A stretch of DNA of 64,000 nt, from the NCBI GenBank assembly GCA_947651225.1, contig CANSYK010000007.1:6784-70783 (forward strand), given 5' to 3'. Positions within the stretch are counted from its first letter, which is position 1. The number at the start of each line of letters is the position of its first letter. The translations under genes and the position numbers were made by a program. Below the pieces are notes generated by a model. The model was given only the letters and a program-made list of their open reading frames with translations. It was not told where the DNA came from and ran no database searches. This document shows positions 53,846-62,365 of the stretch, piece after piece. This DNA is from an uncultured bacterium (lineage in GTDB: Bacteria; Bacillota; Clostridia; Lachnospirales; Lachnospiraceae).

Positions 53846-56197
53846 TTAATCTTCTGTTTTGATTGACTTAGTTGTCATTACAAATTTTACTTTGCCATCC
53901 ATTTCTGATGAAATGCCAGAGAAGCATTTATAATTTTTCGCTGCTTTATCCACAGCCTTTACTCCATTTTCTAAATCACTGCCTCCATCAAGAATTCCAC
54001 TGACTGTATCCACAAGTTTATCTGTTCCATCTTTCTGGAATGTCTTCATTCCGTCATAAAGCTCCACCGCACCATCTGCAAGCTTGCCGATTCCGTCTGA
54101 TACATCTCCTGTAGAGCTTACCAATTTCTGTACACCATCTACCAATTTTCCTGTACCATCGGCAAGTGTCTTTGTGGCATCACGAAATGTACCACTGGTA
54201 TCTGTAAGCTTTTTGCTGTTCTTCTTAATCAAAGTTGCATTGGAAGAAATAGAATCTGCTGCGCTTTCTAACTTCTTATTGTTTGCTGTAATCAACTTAC
54301 CATTTTTATAAACTTCATCCAATGTGGAAACAATCGTTGAAATACTTCCATCAATGGTAGTACTGGCTGTCATCAGAGGCGTTTTGTAGCCACGCAATGT
54401 CTCTGCATTTTCCGCAATTGTATTTGCACTCTGGCTTAACTGAGTCAATCCGGTATAAAGGTTCTGCTCCTTTGAATCTTTATCGGTTGCTGCTTCAATC
54501 TGTGCAAGCGCTGCTGCCAGGTCCTGTGAACCATTGCCATCCAGCTCGCCATCTGATTTTCCATTTGTGCTGGCTGCTAGAGAAGCTGCAAGCTTTTCTG
54601 CCCCCTGCATATACTGTACAGAACCGGCTGCTGCCTGTGCAAGCTGCTGATACTGCGCCTTCTTTGCTTCATCTGTCTCAGAAGCTGCCATTGCTTCATA
54701 TTGTTTCTGCATTACCTGTAATGCCTGAATGCAGCTATCTGCATTTGCTTTTTGGTCATTTAACGCATTAGCCCCCTGATTCAACGCAGCTACACCAGAC
54801 TGTACCTTTTTCAATCCATTATCGACCGTCTCTACACCGCTTTTTAAAGAAGCTACGGCGCCAGAAAGGCTATCCATATTATCTTTGGAAAGAAGGGTAT
54901 TGACACCTGTTGTATATGCATCTAACTGCTGGTGGAATTCCTCATAGGATTTTGGAAAAGCAGAAGACGCCGAGAAAAGCTTGCCAACACCATCCACCAA
55001 CTTCTTTGTGCTCTGGCTGTAGGTCTTTGTGCTCTTTGCAAATGTCTTTGCGCCATCCGTATAAGTATCGACAGCACCTAACAGCTTATCTGTAGAATTC
55101 GTATATTTCTTTGTTACTTCATTAATTTTACGGCTGCCATCATCAAGTGTTGCAACACTTCCATCCAATGTATCAATCGCATCAGAATAATCACCAAACT
55201 TATCATTTAACTCGTTTAAATTTTCCTGAATCTGATCAGAACCATCTACAAGTTCTACGGTAGCATCCTGCAATTCATCCATCTTATCATCCAGTTCATC
55301 ACTTCCGGAAATATCCCCAAAATCTAACTCTTTGAAAATACTTGCTGTCGCAACCGTATAAGTCTGCCCCAGTTCAAACTCTGTCACGTCCGCTGTAATC
55401 GTAACTGTATCCGTCATTTTGTCTGTTATTTTATTTAAATCTGCATCTAAATCGTCACCAAAATCAATATCTTCAAGCTTTAAACTTTCCTTTAACCCAG
55501 GCATACCATATGCTACAAGAATATCATTGTCGCCCTCTGACAATACCTCGCCATTGTCAATTGTTACATTTTTAAACTTTTCTACCGGAAGAATCATTCC
55601 CGTTGCCATTAAGAACGGAGTATAGACCTCTTTTGTCTCCCCTCCAACTTTTACACTCTCTTTGGAAGTATTGATATAATGAATTACCATTTCTAACTTA
55701 CCGCTTTTTCCTGCAATCTCTTCTGGAGAGATTTCTTTTCCATCCAGCTTATACGTAATTTGTATTCCCACAGGAAGCTCTTCATCGGTTGTTCCCTGAT
55801 AATAAATATCCTGATCCTCTGCTTCCCAGGAAATTTCATTCCCATTTTGTGTAAACTTTTCATCTCCCTTGGTGTTCTGGATATCTTTCAAATTAGACAC
55901 ATCTTTTAAAGTACCATTTACACCAGAATTTTTTAACCAATCAGAAACAATCACATTCTGTTTCTTTCCTGAAGCATCCAGTGTAACATAAACAGACTCT
56001 TCCTTAGATACGCCAGAAGCTGCTTTCTTTTCTTTTGCGTTTTCCACAACATGTTCTGTTACAACTTTAACACCTGCTGCCGCTGCTTTTGTCACCGCAA
56101 ATGTATGAGATGCATATTCCAGGCTTCCTAAAAGCAAACCGGATGTTAATAAACAGGTAACGCCAACTGCTGCCATTTTCTTTTTACTTTTTCTCAT
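53846..56197 (-). CDS. YhgE/Pip-domain secreted protein with X-X-X-Leu-X-X-Gly heptad repeats, lacking the usual C-terminal TM bundle
   Basis: Signal peptide MRKSKKKMAAVGVTCLLTSGLLLGS. Repeats include LADGTGKLVDGVQKLVSSTGDVSDGIGKLADGAVELYDG. There is no C-terminal hydrophobic block. Confidence 0.65.
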   Translation of the reverse strand: MRKSKKKMAAVGVTCLLTSGLLLGSLEYASHTFAVTKAAAAGVKVVTEHVVENAKEKKAASGVSKEESVYVTLDASGKKQNVIVSDWLKNSGVNGTLKDVSNLKDIQNTKGDEKFTQNGNEISWEAEDQDIYYQGTTDEELPVGIQITYKLDGKEISPEEIAGKSGKLEMVIHYINTSKESVKVGGETKEVYTPFLMATGMILPVEKFKNVTIDNGEVLSEGDNDILVAYGMPGLKESLKLEDIDFGDDLDADLNKITDKMTDTVTITADVTEFELGQTYTVATASIFKELDFGDISGSDELDDKMDELQDATVELVDGSDQIQENLNELNDKFGDYSDAIDTLDGSVATLDDGSRKINEVTKKYTNSTDKLLGAVDTYTDGAKTFAKSTKTYSQSTKKLVDGVGKLFSASSAFPKSYEEFHQQLDAYTTGVNTLLSKDNMDSLSGAVASLKSGVETVDNGLKKVQSGVAALNQGANALNDQKANADSCIQALQVMQKQYEAMAASETDEAKKAQYQQLAQAAAGSVQYMQGAEKLAASLAASTNGKSDGELDGNGSQDLAAALAQIEAATDKDSKEQNLYTGLTQLSQSANTIAENAETLRGYKTPLMTASTTIDGSISTIVSTLDEVYKNGKLITANNKKLESAADSISSNATLIKKNSKKLTDTSGTFRDATKTLADGTGKLVDGVQKLVSSTGDVSDGIGKLADGAVELYDGMKTFQKDGTDKLVDTVSGILDGGSDLENGVKAVDKAAKNYKCFSGISSEMDGKVKFVMTTKSIKTED

Positions 56198-56292
56198 AAT
56201 ATTATCCCTCTTTTCTGCGCACTCCTTATGAAACAATACACAATACGTTTATGCCGGGTGCGCTCAGACACAAACAATTGTGATACGAATTC

Positions 56293-58413
56293 TCAACTCT
56301 CTTCTATCGGTACATTACCATGTTCCTTATCTCTGTTTCCTACCTTTTCTTTGATCATATCCCAGGAAGTATGGATAATCAAACCATCAAAAATCCAGAG
56401 CATTGCCGGCAAAATGCCGATTACAACAACCATACTGATAATGGAACCTCGCGATAACAAAGTACAGATCGAACCAATCATATCAATCCTAGAATAAAGG
56501 GATACCCCAAACGTTGCCGCAAAGAAACAGAAACCACTTGTTAAGATTGACTTAATGGAAGTCTGGTGTGCAATGCGGATAGCATCTTTCTTGCTTCTTT
56601 TCTGTACGACCCTTTCCTTCTGATAACGGCTCGTCATCAAAATAGCATAATCGACCGTTGCACCTAACTGAATGGTACCAATTACAATACTTGCCACAAA
56701 CGGTAAAGATGTATTGGTATAAAATGGAACTGCCATATTACATGCAATTGCAAACTCAATAATCGCTACCAGAATCACTGGTATAGTAATTGACTTAAAA
56801 GTAATCAGTATAATCAGAAAAATCGCTGCCATTGATATAATGTTGACATTTTCCAGATCCACGTTTGTAACATCTGCCAAATCCTTCATCAAAGGCGCTT
56901 CCCCAATGACCATGCCTGTTTTCTGATATCCCTTTACAATCTTGTCAATCGCATGTATCTGCTCATTCGACTCATCTGTTGCCGAAGCGTAATCAGAGCA
57001 GACAAACTGTAATTCATAGTGATCTGTTTTTAACATACTCTTTATACGGTCCGGAATCAGCGTATCCGGAAGATTCGGGCCAAAAAGAGAATCTAAGCCA
57101 ATTACCCATTTTACTCCGTCTACCTCTTTTATCTCCTGCAGCATCCCATTCTTCTCTTTTGCTGTCAGTCCATCTTCCAAAAGAACCATGTGAAGGGAAC
57201 TCATATCAAAGTTTTCCTTTAACTTGTCATTTGCTATGGCACTCGGAATATCCTTTGGAAGGGAGGTATCCAGATTATAATAAATCTCGTAGTTGCTATT
57301 TCCATGAATTGCCGGAACCAGAATAATGGCAAATAAGACAAGCGCCACATACCGGAACCGGATAATGAAATCGGATGCCTTATTAAGCGATGGAATCAAA
57401 GGTTTATGTGTTGTCTTTTCAATTGCCTTGTCAAAAGTAAGAATCATTGCAGGCAATACCGTTACACACATAAGTACGCCGATTACAACACCTTTTGACA
57501 TAACAATACCAATATCCATACCCAGCTTAAATGTCATAAAACACAATGCAATGAAACCGGCAATCGTTGTAACCGAACTGCTCGAAACCGATTTAAATGT
57601 ATTGGAAACCGCATGAGCCATCGCACGCTGCCTGTCACCCGGAAATCTTTCTTTATTAGCTTCGTAGCTTTCCAAAAGGAAAATGGAATAATCCATCGTA
57701 ACCGCCAACTGTAATACCGCTGCCAAAGCCTGTGTGATGTAAGAAATCTCTCCTAAGAATATGTTACTTCCTAAGTTAAAGACTATGGAAAGTCCAATTG
57801 TAAGAAGGAAAATCAATGGCGCTACCAATGAATCCATCGTAATCAACAAAACAACCAGGCAAAGAACTGCTGCGACCAGAACATAAATCGGCATTTCCTG
57901 AAGCGCCAGATTTTTAATATCAGTAACAACCCCTGACATACCACTTGCATATGCGTTCTTTGCAACCGTAGAACGAATCTCTTCAATCGCATCCATCGTG
58001 GAATCCGCTGAAGTTGTTGCATCAAAAAACGCAATCATCATTGTCGCATCCCCGTTAAAAAAAGCGTCCCGGATATCTGTCGGAAGCATTTCTGTCGGTA
58101 CATTGGTATCTAATACGTCATCATACCAAAGTACATCTGTTACGTGGTCAATTGCTTCTACCTGCTCCTCCAACTCTGTGGCTTCCTTCATCGTCATATC
58201 TTCCACTATGATCATGGAGAAAGCGCCCATTCCAAACTCATCTACCATAATGTCCTGGCCCTCTACTGTTTCCAGTGTTTTTGGCAGATAGCTCAATACA
58301 TCATAATTTACCCGGGTAGAAATATACCCGATTCCTGCTGGTATCAGAAGAAGTACCATAAGCAGCAATATGATGTTCTTATGCTTCGTAATCCATTTTC
58401 CAACGTTTATCAT
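56293..58413 (-). CDS. MMPL-family (RND superfamily) transporter
   Basis: 706 aa with a duplicated 6-TM plus extracytoplasmic-loop architecture. Confidence 0.85.
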   Translation of the reverse strand: MINVGKWITKHKNIILLLMVLLLIPAGIGYISTRVNYDVLSYLPKTLETVEGQDIMVDEFGMGAFSMIIVEDMTMKEATELEEQVEAIDHVTDVLWYDDVLDTNVPTEMLPTDIRDAFFNGDATMMIAFFDATTSADSTMDAIEEIRSTVAKNAYASGMSGVVTDIKNLALQEMPIYVLVAAVLCLVVLLITMDSLVAPLIFLLTIGLSIVFNLGSNIFLGEISYITQALAAVLQLAVTMDYSIFLLESYEANKERFPGDRQRAMAHAVSNTFKSVSSSSVTTIAGFIALCFMTFKLGMDIGIVMSKGVVIGVLMCVTVLPAMILTFDKAIEKTTHKPLIPSLNKASDFIIRFRYVALVLFAIILVPAIHGNSNYEIYYNLDTSLPKDIPSAIANDKLKENFDMSSLHMVLLEDGLTAKEKNGMLQEIKEVDGVKWVIGLDSLFGPNLPDTLIPDRIKSMLKTDHYELQFVCSDYASATDESNEQIHAIDKIVKGYQKTGMVIGEAPLMKDLADVTNVDLENVNIISMAAIFLIILITFKSITIPVILVAIIEFAIACNMAVPFYTNTSLPFVASIVIGTIQLGATVDYAILMTSRYQKERVVQKRSKKDAIRIAHQTSIKSILTSGFCFFAATFGVSLYSRIDMIGSICTLLSRGSIISMVVVIGILPAMLWIFDGLIIHTSWDMIKEKVGNRDKEHGNVPIEES

Positions 58414-58434
58414 TGCTCCTCAATCCTTTCTAAC

Positions 58435-58496
58435 AAATGACCTTTGGTCATTTTCTTTACATTGCATAGTGTATTCCAAAAATGACCATTAGTCAA
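58435..58496 (-). promoter_or_regulatory. MMPL operon promoter (TTGACT-17 nt-TACACT) with a TetR-type palindromic operator
   Basis: Perfect inverted repeat AAATGACC-ttt-GGTCATTT at 58435..58453, downstream of the -10 (58468..58473). A half-site AAATGACCATT at 58479..58489 lies in the spacer. The -35 is at 58491..58496. Confidence 0.55.
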
Positions 58497-58572
58497 CATC
58501 TTTTTTAAGATTTAATATTTTGTTAAGAATTTGTCAGAAAGTACTATTCACGGCTAATTTCAGAAAATACAA

Positions 58573-58621
58573 AAAGATGTACAAATTTATCAAACTTACC
58601 TGAAAAAATTTGTACATCTTT
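58573..58621 (-). terminator. htpG terminator
   Basis: 16-bp perfect stem AAAGATGTACAAATTT / AAATTTGTACATCTTT with a T-run on the minus strand. Confidence 0.75.
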
Positions 58622-58691
58622 CTCGAAAAAAGGCACACTGCCTATTGCCAGAGCATGTTTCACTTAATTTATAGAAACCTTTTATACTATC

Positions 58692-60836
58692 CTATTTCGC
58701 CAACAACATCATAATTTCATTACTTCTTGCAACAAAATCTGTCATTTCTTCTGCTGGAAGTGGTTTATGTGCAATCATTGCCAAATCATACAACTGCTTA
58801 CAGAACAGCTCTACATGCTCTCCCTCTTTATGGTCAAGAATATACTGAACCAGTTTGTTACCAGAATTTAACACAAGCGTTTCTCCACCGCCAAACATAC
58901 CCATATCCATGCCATTTCCACCCATACTGTACATCTTCATCATATCCTGCATACGACGGGTTTCCTCAGAAAGTGTCATCATAGAAGAAATGTTCTCATT
59001 CTTGAATTTTTCAACCTTGACTTCAAGCTGCTCTTTTCCCAACGCCTTTTTGAAAATCTCAGACAGAGACTCGGTCTGTGCCTTGATTGTCTCTTCGTCA
59101 ACTTCTTCTGTCATTGTGTCATTTAAATCTGCATCAATGCGTTGGAACCTTACCTTCAGCTCACCCTGCTCCAACTGGGAAATAAACGGCTGGTCAATGG
59201 AATGGCTTAAAATAACAGCGTTAATTCCCTGCTCTTTAAACAGGTTGATATACTGGCTCTGCTGCTGCAGATCTGTAACATAATAAACAATGGTTGGTTT
59301 CTCTTCCTCTTCTTCAACAGGCTCACCATTTTCATCCAGAACCTCTGCCTCAGTATTTTCTTCTGATGCCTTATCCTCTTCCTCTGCTGCTTTTGCATCT
59401 GTTTCATCTACTGTTACTTCATCATCAACAGCTTCCCCTTCTGCCTTCTTCCGTTCCTCAACATATTCCGGCAGTGTAATAAACTTATCATTTAAATCTT
59501 TAAAGATAATAAATTCTTCTATCTTTTCACGGAATTTTTCATCCTTTAAGCAGCCATACTTAATAAATGGACTGATATCATCCCAATATTTCTCATATTC
59601 CTCACGTTCTACTTTATACATACCAGATAACTTATCCGCTACCTTTTTCGTAATATAATCTGAAATCTTCTTCACAAAGCCATCATTCTGCAAAGCGCTT
59701 CTTGATACATTCAAAGGCAGGTCAGGACAATCTATCACTCCCTTTAGGAGCATTAAGAACTCTGGAATTACTTCTTTAATATTATCCGCAATAAATACCT
59801 GATTATTGTAAAGCTTAATCACGCCTTCCAGATTGTCATATTCTGTATTTACTTTCGGGAAATACAGAATTCCCTTTAAGTTAAACGGATAATCCATATT
59901 CAAGTGAATCCAGAAAAGCGGTTCCTTGTAATCGTTGAACACTTTCCGATAGAAATCTTTGTATTCCTCTTCCGTACAATCATTTGGATGCTTCATCCAA
60001 AGAGGATTTGTATCACTAATTGACACAGGACGCTTGTTAATTTTTGCCTTTTCTTTCTTAGGAGAAATTTCCACAACCTCTTTTTCTCCATTCTCATTTT
60101 CCCGCTCCTCTGTCTTTGCTTCCTCTGTAAATTTTTCTACAACAACATCATCCTCACGGATATCCGCTGCATCAATTGTCTCATATTCCTGCTCCGCATT
60201 TGCCTTAGATAAGAAAATCTCAACCGGCATAAAGGAACAATACTTATTTAAAATCTCACGAATACGATATTCATTCGCAAATTCCAGACTGTCCTCTGAT
60301 AAATATAAAGTAATCGTTGTACCGACCTTATCTCGTGTACTGTCTGACATCTCATAGTTAATGCCGCCTTCTGACTCCCAGTGAACTGCCTGCGCACCCT
60401 CCTGCCATGACAGAGTGTCAATGGTTACTGTATCAGCTACCATAAATGCAGAATAAAATCCAAGTCCAAAGTGACCGATAATCTGCTCTTCATTTGTCTT
60501 GTCCTTATATTTCTCCAGAAAATCTGTTGCACCGGAAAAAGCAACCTGATTAATGTATTCGCTCACTTCCTCCTCTGTCATACCAATACCGGTATCCGTA
60601 AAGGAAATTGTCTTTTCCTCTGGATTTACAACAACCTGAATCTCCGCCTTGAAATCATCGGGAAGTGTATATTCTCCCATTACATCCAACTTTTTTAACT
60701 TCGTAATCGCATCACAGCCATTAGAAATCAACTCGCGCACAAAAATATCATGGTCAGAATAAAGCCACTTCTTAATTATCGGAAACATATTTTCAGATTC
60801 AATTGATAAACTACCTGTCCTGTTCTGCATCATCAT
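58692..60836 (-). CDS. htpG: Molecular chaperone HtpG (Hsp90) with a long acidic linker
   Basis: ELISNGCDA, GHFGLGFYSAFMVA and the C-terminal domain. The Glu/Asp-rich insertions make it 714 aa. Confidence 0.9.
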   Translation of the reverse strand: MMMQNRTGSLSIESENMFPIIKKWLYSDHDIFVRELISNGCDAITKLKKLDVMGEYTLPDDFKAEIQVVVNPEEKTISFTDTGIGMTEEEVSEYINQVAFSGATDFLEKYKDKTNEEQIIGHFGLGFYSAFMVADTVTIDTLSWQEGAQAVHWESEGGINYEMSDSTRDKVGTTITLYLSEDSLEFANEYRIREILNKYCSFMPVEIFLSKANAEQEYETIDAADIREDDVVVEKFTEEAKTEERENENGEKEVVEISPKKEKAKINKRPVSISDTNPLWMKHPNDCTEEEYKDFYRKVFNDYKEPLFWIHLNMDYPFNLKGILYFPKVNTEYDNLEGVIKLYNNQVFIADNIKEVIPEFLMLLKGVIDCPDLPLNVSRSALQNDGFVKKISDYITKKVADKLSGMYKVEREEYEKYWDDISPFIKYGCLKDEKFREKIEEFIIFKDLNDKFITLPEYVEERKKAEGEAVDDEVTVDETDAKAAEEEDKASEENTEAEVLDENGEPVEEEEEKPTIVYYVTDLQQQSQYINLFKEQGINAVILSHSIDQPFISQLEQGELKVRFQRIDADLNDTMTEEVDEETIKAQTESLSEIFKKALGKEQLEVKVEKFKNENISSMMTLSEETRRMQDMMKMYSMGGNGMDMGMFGGGETLVLNSGNKLVQYILDHKEGEHVELFCKQLYDLAMIAHKPLPAEEMTDFVARSNEIMMLLAK

Positions 60837-60930
60837 CTCTCCAATCTTTCTCGTTATTTTTCACAGTTCTCTGTACCAGAGCATGTATCCATCTGCAGAC
60901 ATACTCCATAACAAAAGGTTCCTTTTTGCT

Positions 60931-60957
60931 CTGGCACTCGTTTCAATCGAGTGCTAG
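60931..60957. promoter_or_regulatory. CIRCE-like HrcA operator (proximal, two deviations)
   Basis: CTGGCACTC-N9-GAGTGCTAG, compared with the consensus TTAGCACTC-N9-GAGTGCTAA. Confidence 0.55.
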
Positions 60958-60973
60958 CAATCTTTTAGAACAT

Positions 60974-61002
60974 AGTTTAATACGCTTTTCCAAAAAAGTC
61001 AA
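60974..61002 (-). promoter_or_regulatory. htpG promoter (TTGACT-17 nt-TAAACT) between the two CIRCE elements
   Basis: -35 at 60997..61002, -10 at 60974..60979 (minus strand). Confidence 0.5.
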
Positions 61003-61010
61003 GAGAAAAT

Positions 61011-61037
61011 TTAGCACTCATTCAAAATGAGTGCTAA
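61011..61037. promoter_or_regulatory. CIRCE HrcA operator (distal, perfect consensus)
   Basis: TTAGCACTC-ATTCAAAAT-GAGTGCTAA. Confidence 0.8.
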
Positions 61038-61060
61038 TTTTCTTAAAAGTTACTATTCTA

Positions 61061-61993
61061 TCAACGATTAATAATATATCCCAAATATACGGCATACCCA
61101 AGAAGCATCACTGCTCCCTCCCACCAGACAATCTTTTTTTTGCTCCACGCAAATGCCCAGACTAAAAGGCTCATCACCACCAAAACAAAAATGTCCGTCA
61201 TATTTTCCTGAACAAAATCAATCGGAGAAATTGCTGTTGCAATCCCCAGCACAAACAGAATATTGAAAATATTAGAACCAATAACATTTCCCAGTGCCAT
61301 ATCCACTTCATTCTTTCTCGCTGCAACAACCGATGTCACAAGTTCCGGCAGACTAGTCCCTACTGCTACAACTGTAAGGCCGATCAGATTGTCAGACATC
61401 CCAAAATTAGAAGCAATCTGCGAGGCCGAATCTACCACCAGATTGCCGCCAATCACAATCGCAATCACTCCACATACAATAAAAAGAATACATTTCCACA
61501 TCGGAAGAATCTCATATTCTTCTCCAGCAACCACATTTTCTTTCCTCGCTTTTAATGCTGACTGCACCATCCAGAAAATAAAGACTGCAAAAAGGATCAG
61601 TAAACTAATCCCTTCCAAATGCCCTACTATCATTCCTGTACTTCCAAATGCCAAAAGCAGCAGGGCAATTCCCACCGAAAACGGAAATTCCTTCTTTAAA
61701 GTAGAAGCCTGTACTGCCAGAGGACAAAACAGCGCACAGAACCCACAGACTACCATTAAATTAAAAATATTAGAACCAATTGCGTTACTGATTGCCAAAC
61801 CATTTTTCCCGGCTATCGACGCACTTACACTTACGGAACATTCCGGCAGACTTGTTCCCATGGCAACAATGGTCATGCCAATAATCATAGAAGGCACCCG
61901 CAGCATTTTAGCCACACTGGAACTTCCCTCTACAAAAAAGTCCGCTCCTTTAATCAATAACACAAAGCCAACTACCAATAATACATACTCCAT
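61061..61993 (-). CDS. CaCA-family cation/Ca2+ antiporter (YrbG-like, two alpha-repeats)
   Basis: 310 aa with duplicated GTSLPE motifs (MGTSLPECS and VGTSLPELV) and GSNIFN repeats. Confidence 0.8.
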   Translation of the reverse strand: MEYVLLVVGFVLLIKGADFFVEGSSSVAKMLRVPSMIIGMTIVAMGTSLPECSVSVSASIAGKNGLAISNAIGSNIFNLMVVCGFCALFCPLAVQASTLKKEFPFSVGIALLLLAFGSTGMIVGHLEGISLLILFAVFIFWMVQSALKARKENVVAGEEYEILPMWKCILFIVCGVIAIVIGGNLVVDSASQIASNFGMSDNLIGLTVVAVGTSLPELVTSVVAARKNEVDMALGNVIGSNIFNILFVLGIATAISPIDFVQENMTDIFVLVVMSLLVWAFAWSKKKIVWWEGAVMLLGYAVYLGYIINR

Positions 61994-62141
61994 ACATCTT
62001 CCTCCATTTCTTTACTGTAATCTTTCCACTCATTCTTACACCCACTTTTTCTTTTAATAAAAACTATGCCATATTTGAGTAATTTCATTCCTCAATTTGC
62101 AAGAAAGGTATATTGCGTGTGCTGACAAAATTTTGTATCAC

Positions 62142-62168
62142 AAAAAACAGGTGCATCGCTGCACCTGT
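62142..62168 (-). terminator. Intrinsic terminator, the expression platform of the riboswitch leader
   Basis: ACAGGTGCA-N4-TGCACCTGT stem, followed on the minus strand by TTTTTT. It lies about 150 nt upstream of the CaCA start codon. Confidence 0.7.
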
Positions 62169-62197
62169 TTTAAATCCTCAAGCACAGCAAACACTGT

Positions 62198-62323
62198 GCA
62201 TGAGTCTTGTTATTTAAGAATAAGCCAGACTTTTCAGTCGGGTATGTTGACTTAGTCACACCTTAGAAACTGTTCAAAAATAACTTTTTACAGTCCCTCC
62301 TGCGCTAACTACTCCCTCAATGC
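62198..62323 (-). promoter_or_regulatory. yybP-ykoY (Mn2+) riboswitch-like aptamer
   Basis: On the minus strand, P1 GCATTGAG...CTCATGC encloses GGAGTAG. Then GTCAACATACC-(GACT-GAAA-AGTC hairpin)-...AACAAGAC. These match the hallmark GGGGAGUAG / UUGACAUA / CAAGAC blocks of the family. Confidence 0.55.
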
Positions 62324-62332
62324 TATGGAAAG

Positions 62333-62361
62333 AGTATAGCAAGTCTGGGAAAAAATGTCAA
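62333..62361 (-). promoter_or_regulatory. Promoter of the riboswitch leader (TTGACA-17 nt-TATACT)
   Basis: -35 at 62356..62361, starting 5 nt after the leuS stop. -10 at 62333..62338. Confidence 0.6.
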
Positions 62362-62365
62362 ATCT

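Noticed and set aside
61263-62057. 264-aa + strand ORF
   Set aside because: It is entirely antisense to the well-supported CaCA antiporter gene. It has a low-complexity, Ser/Thr/Pro/Ile-rich composition typical of a shadow ORF, and no RBS.
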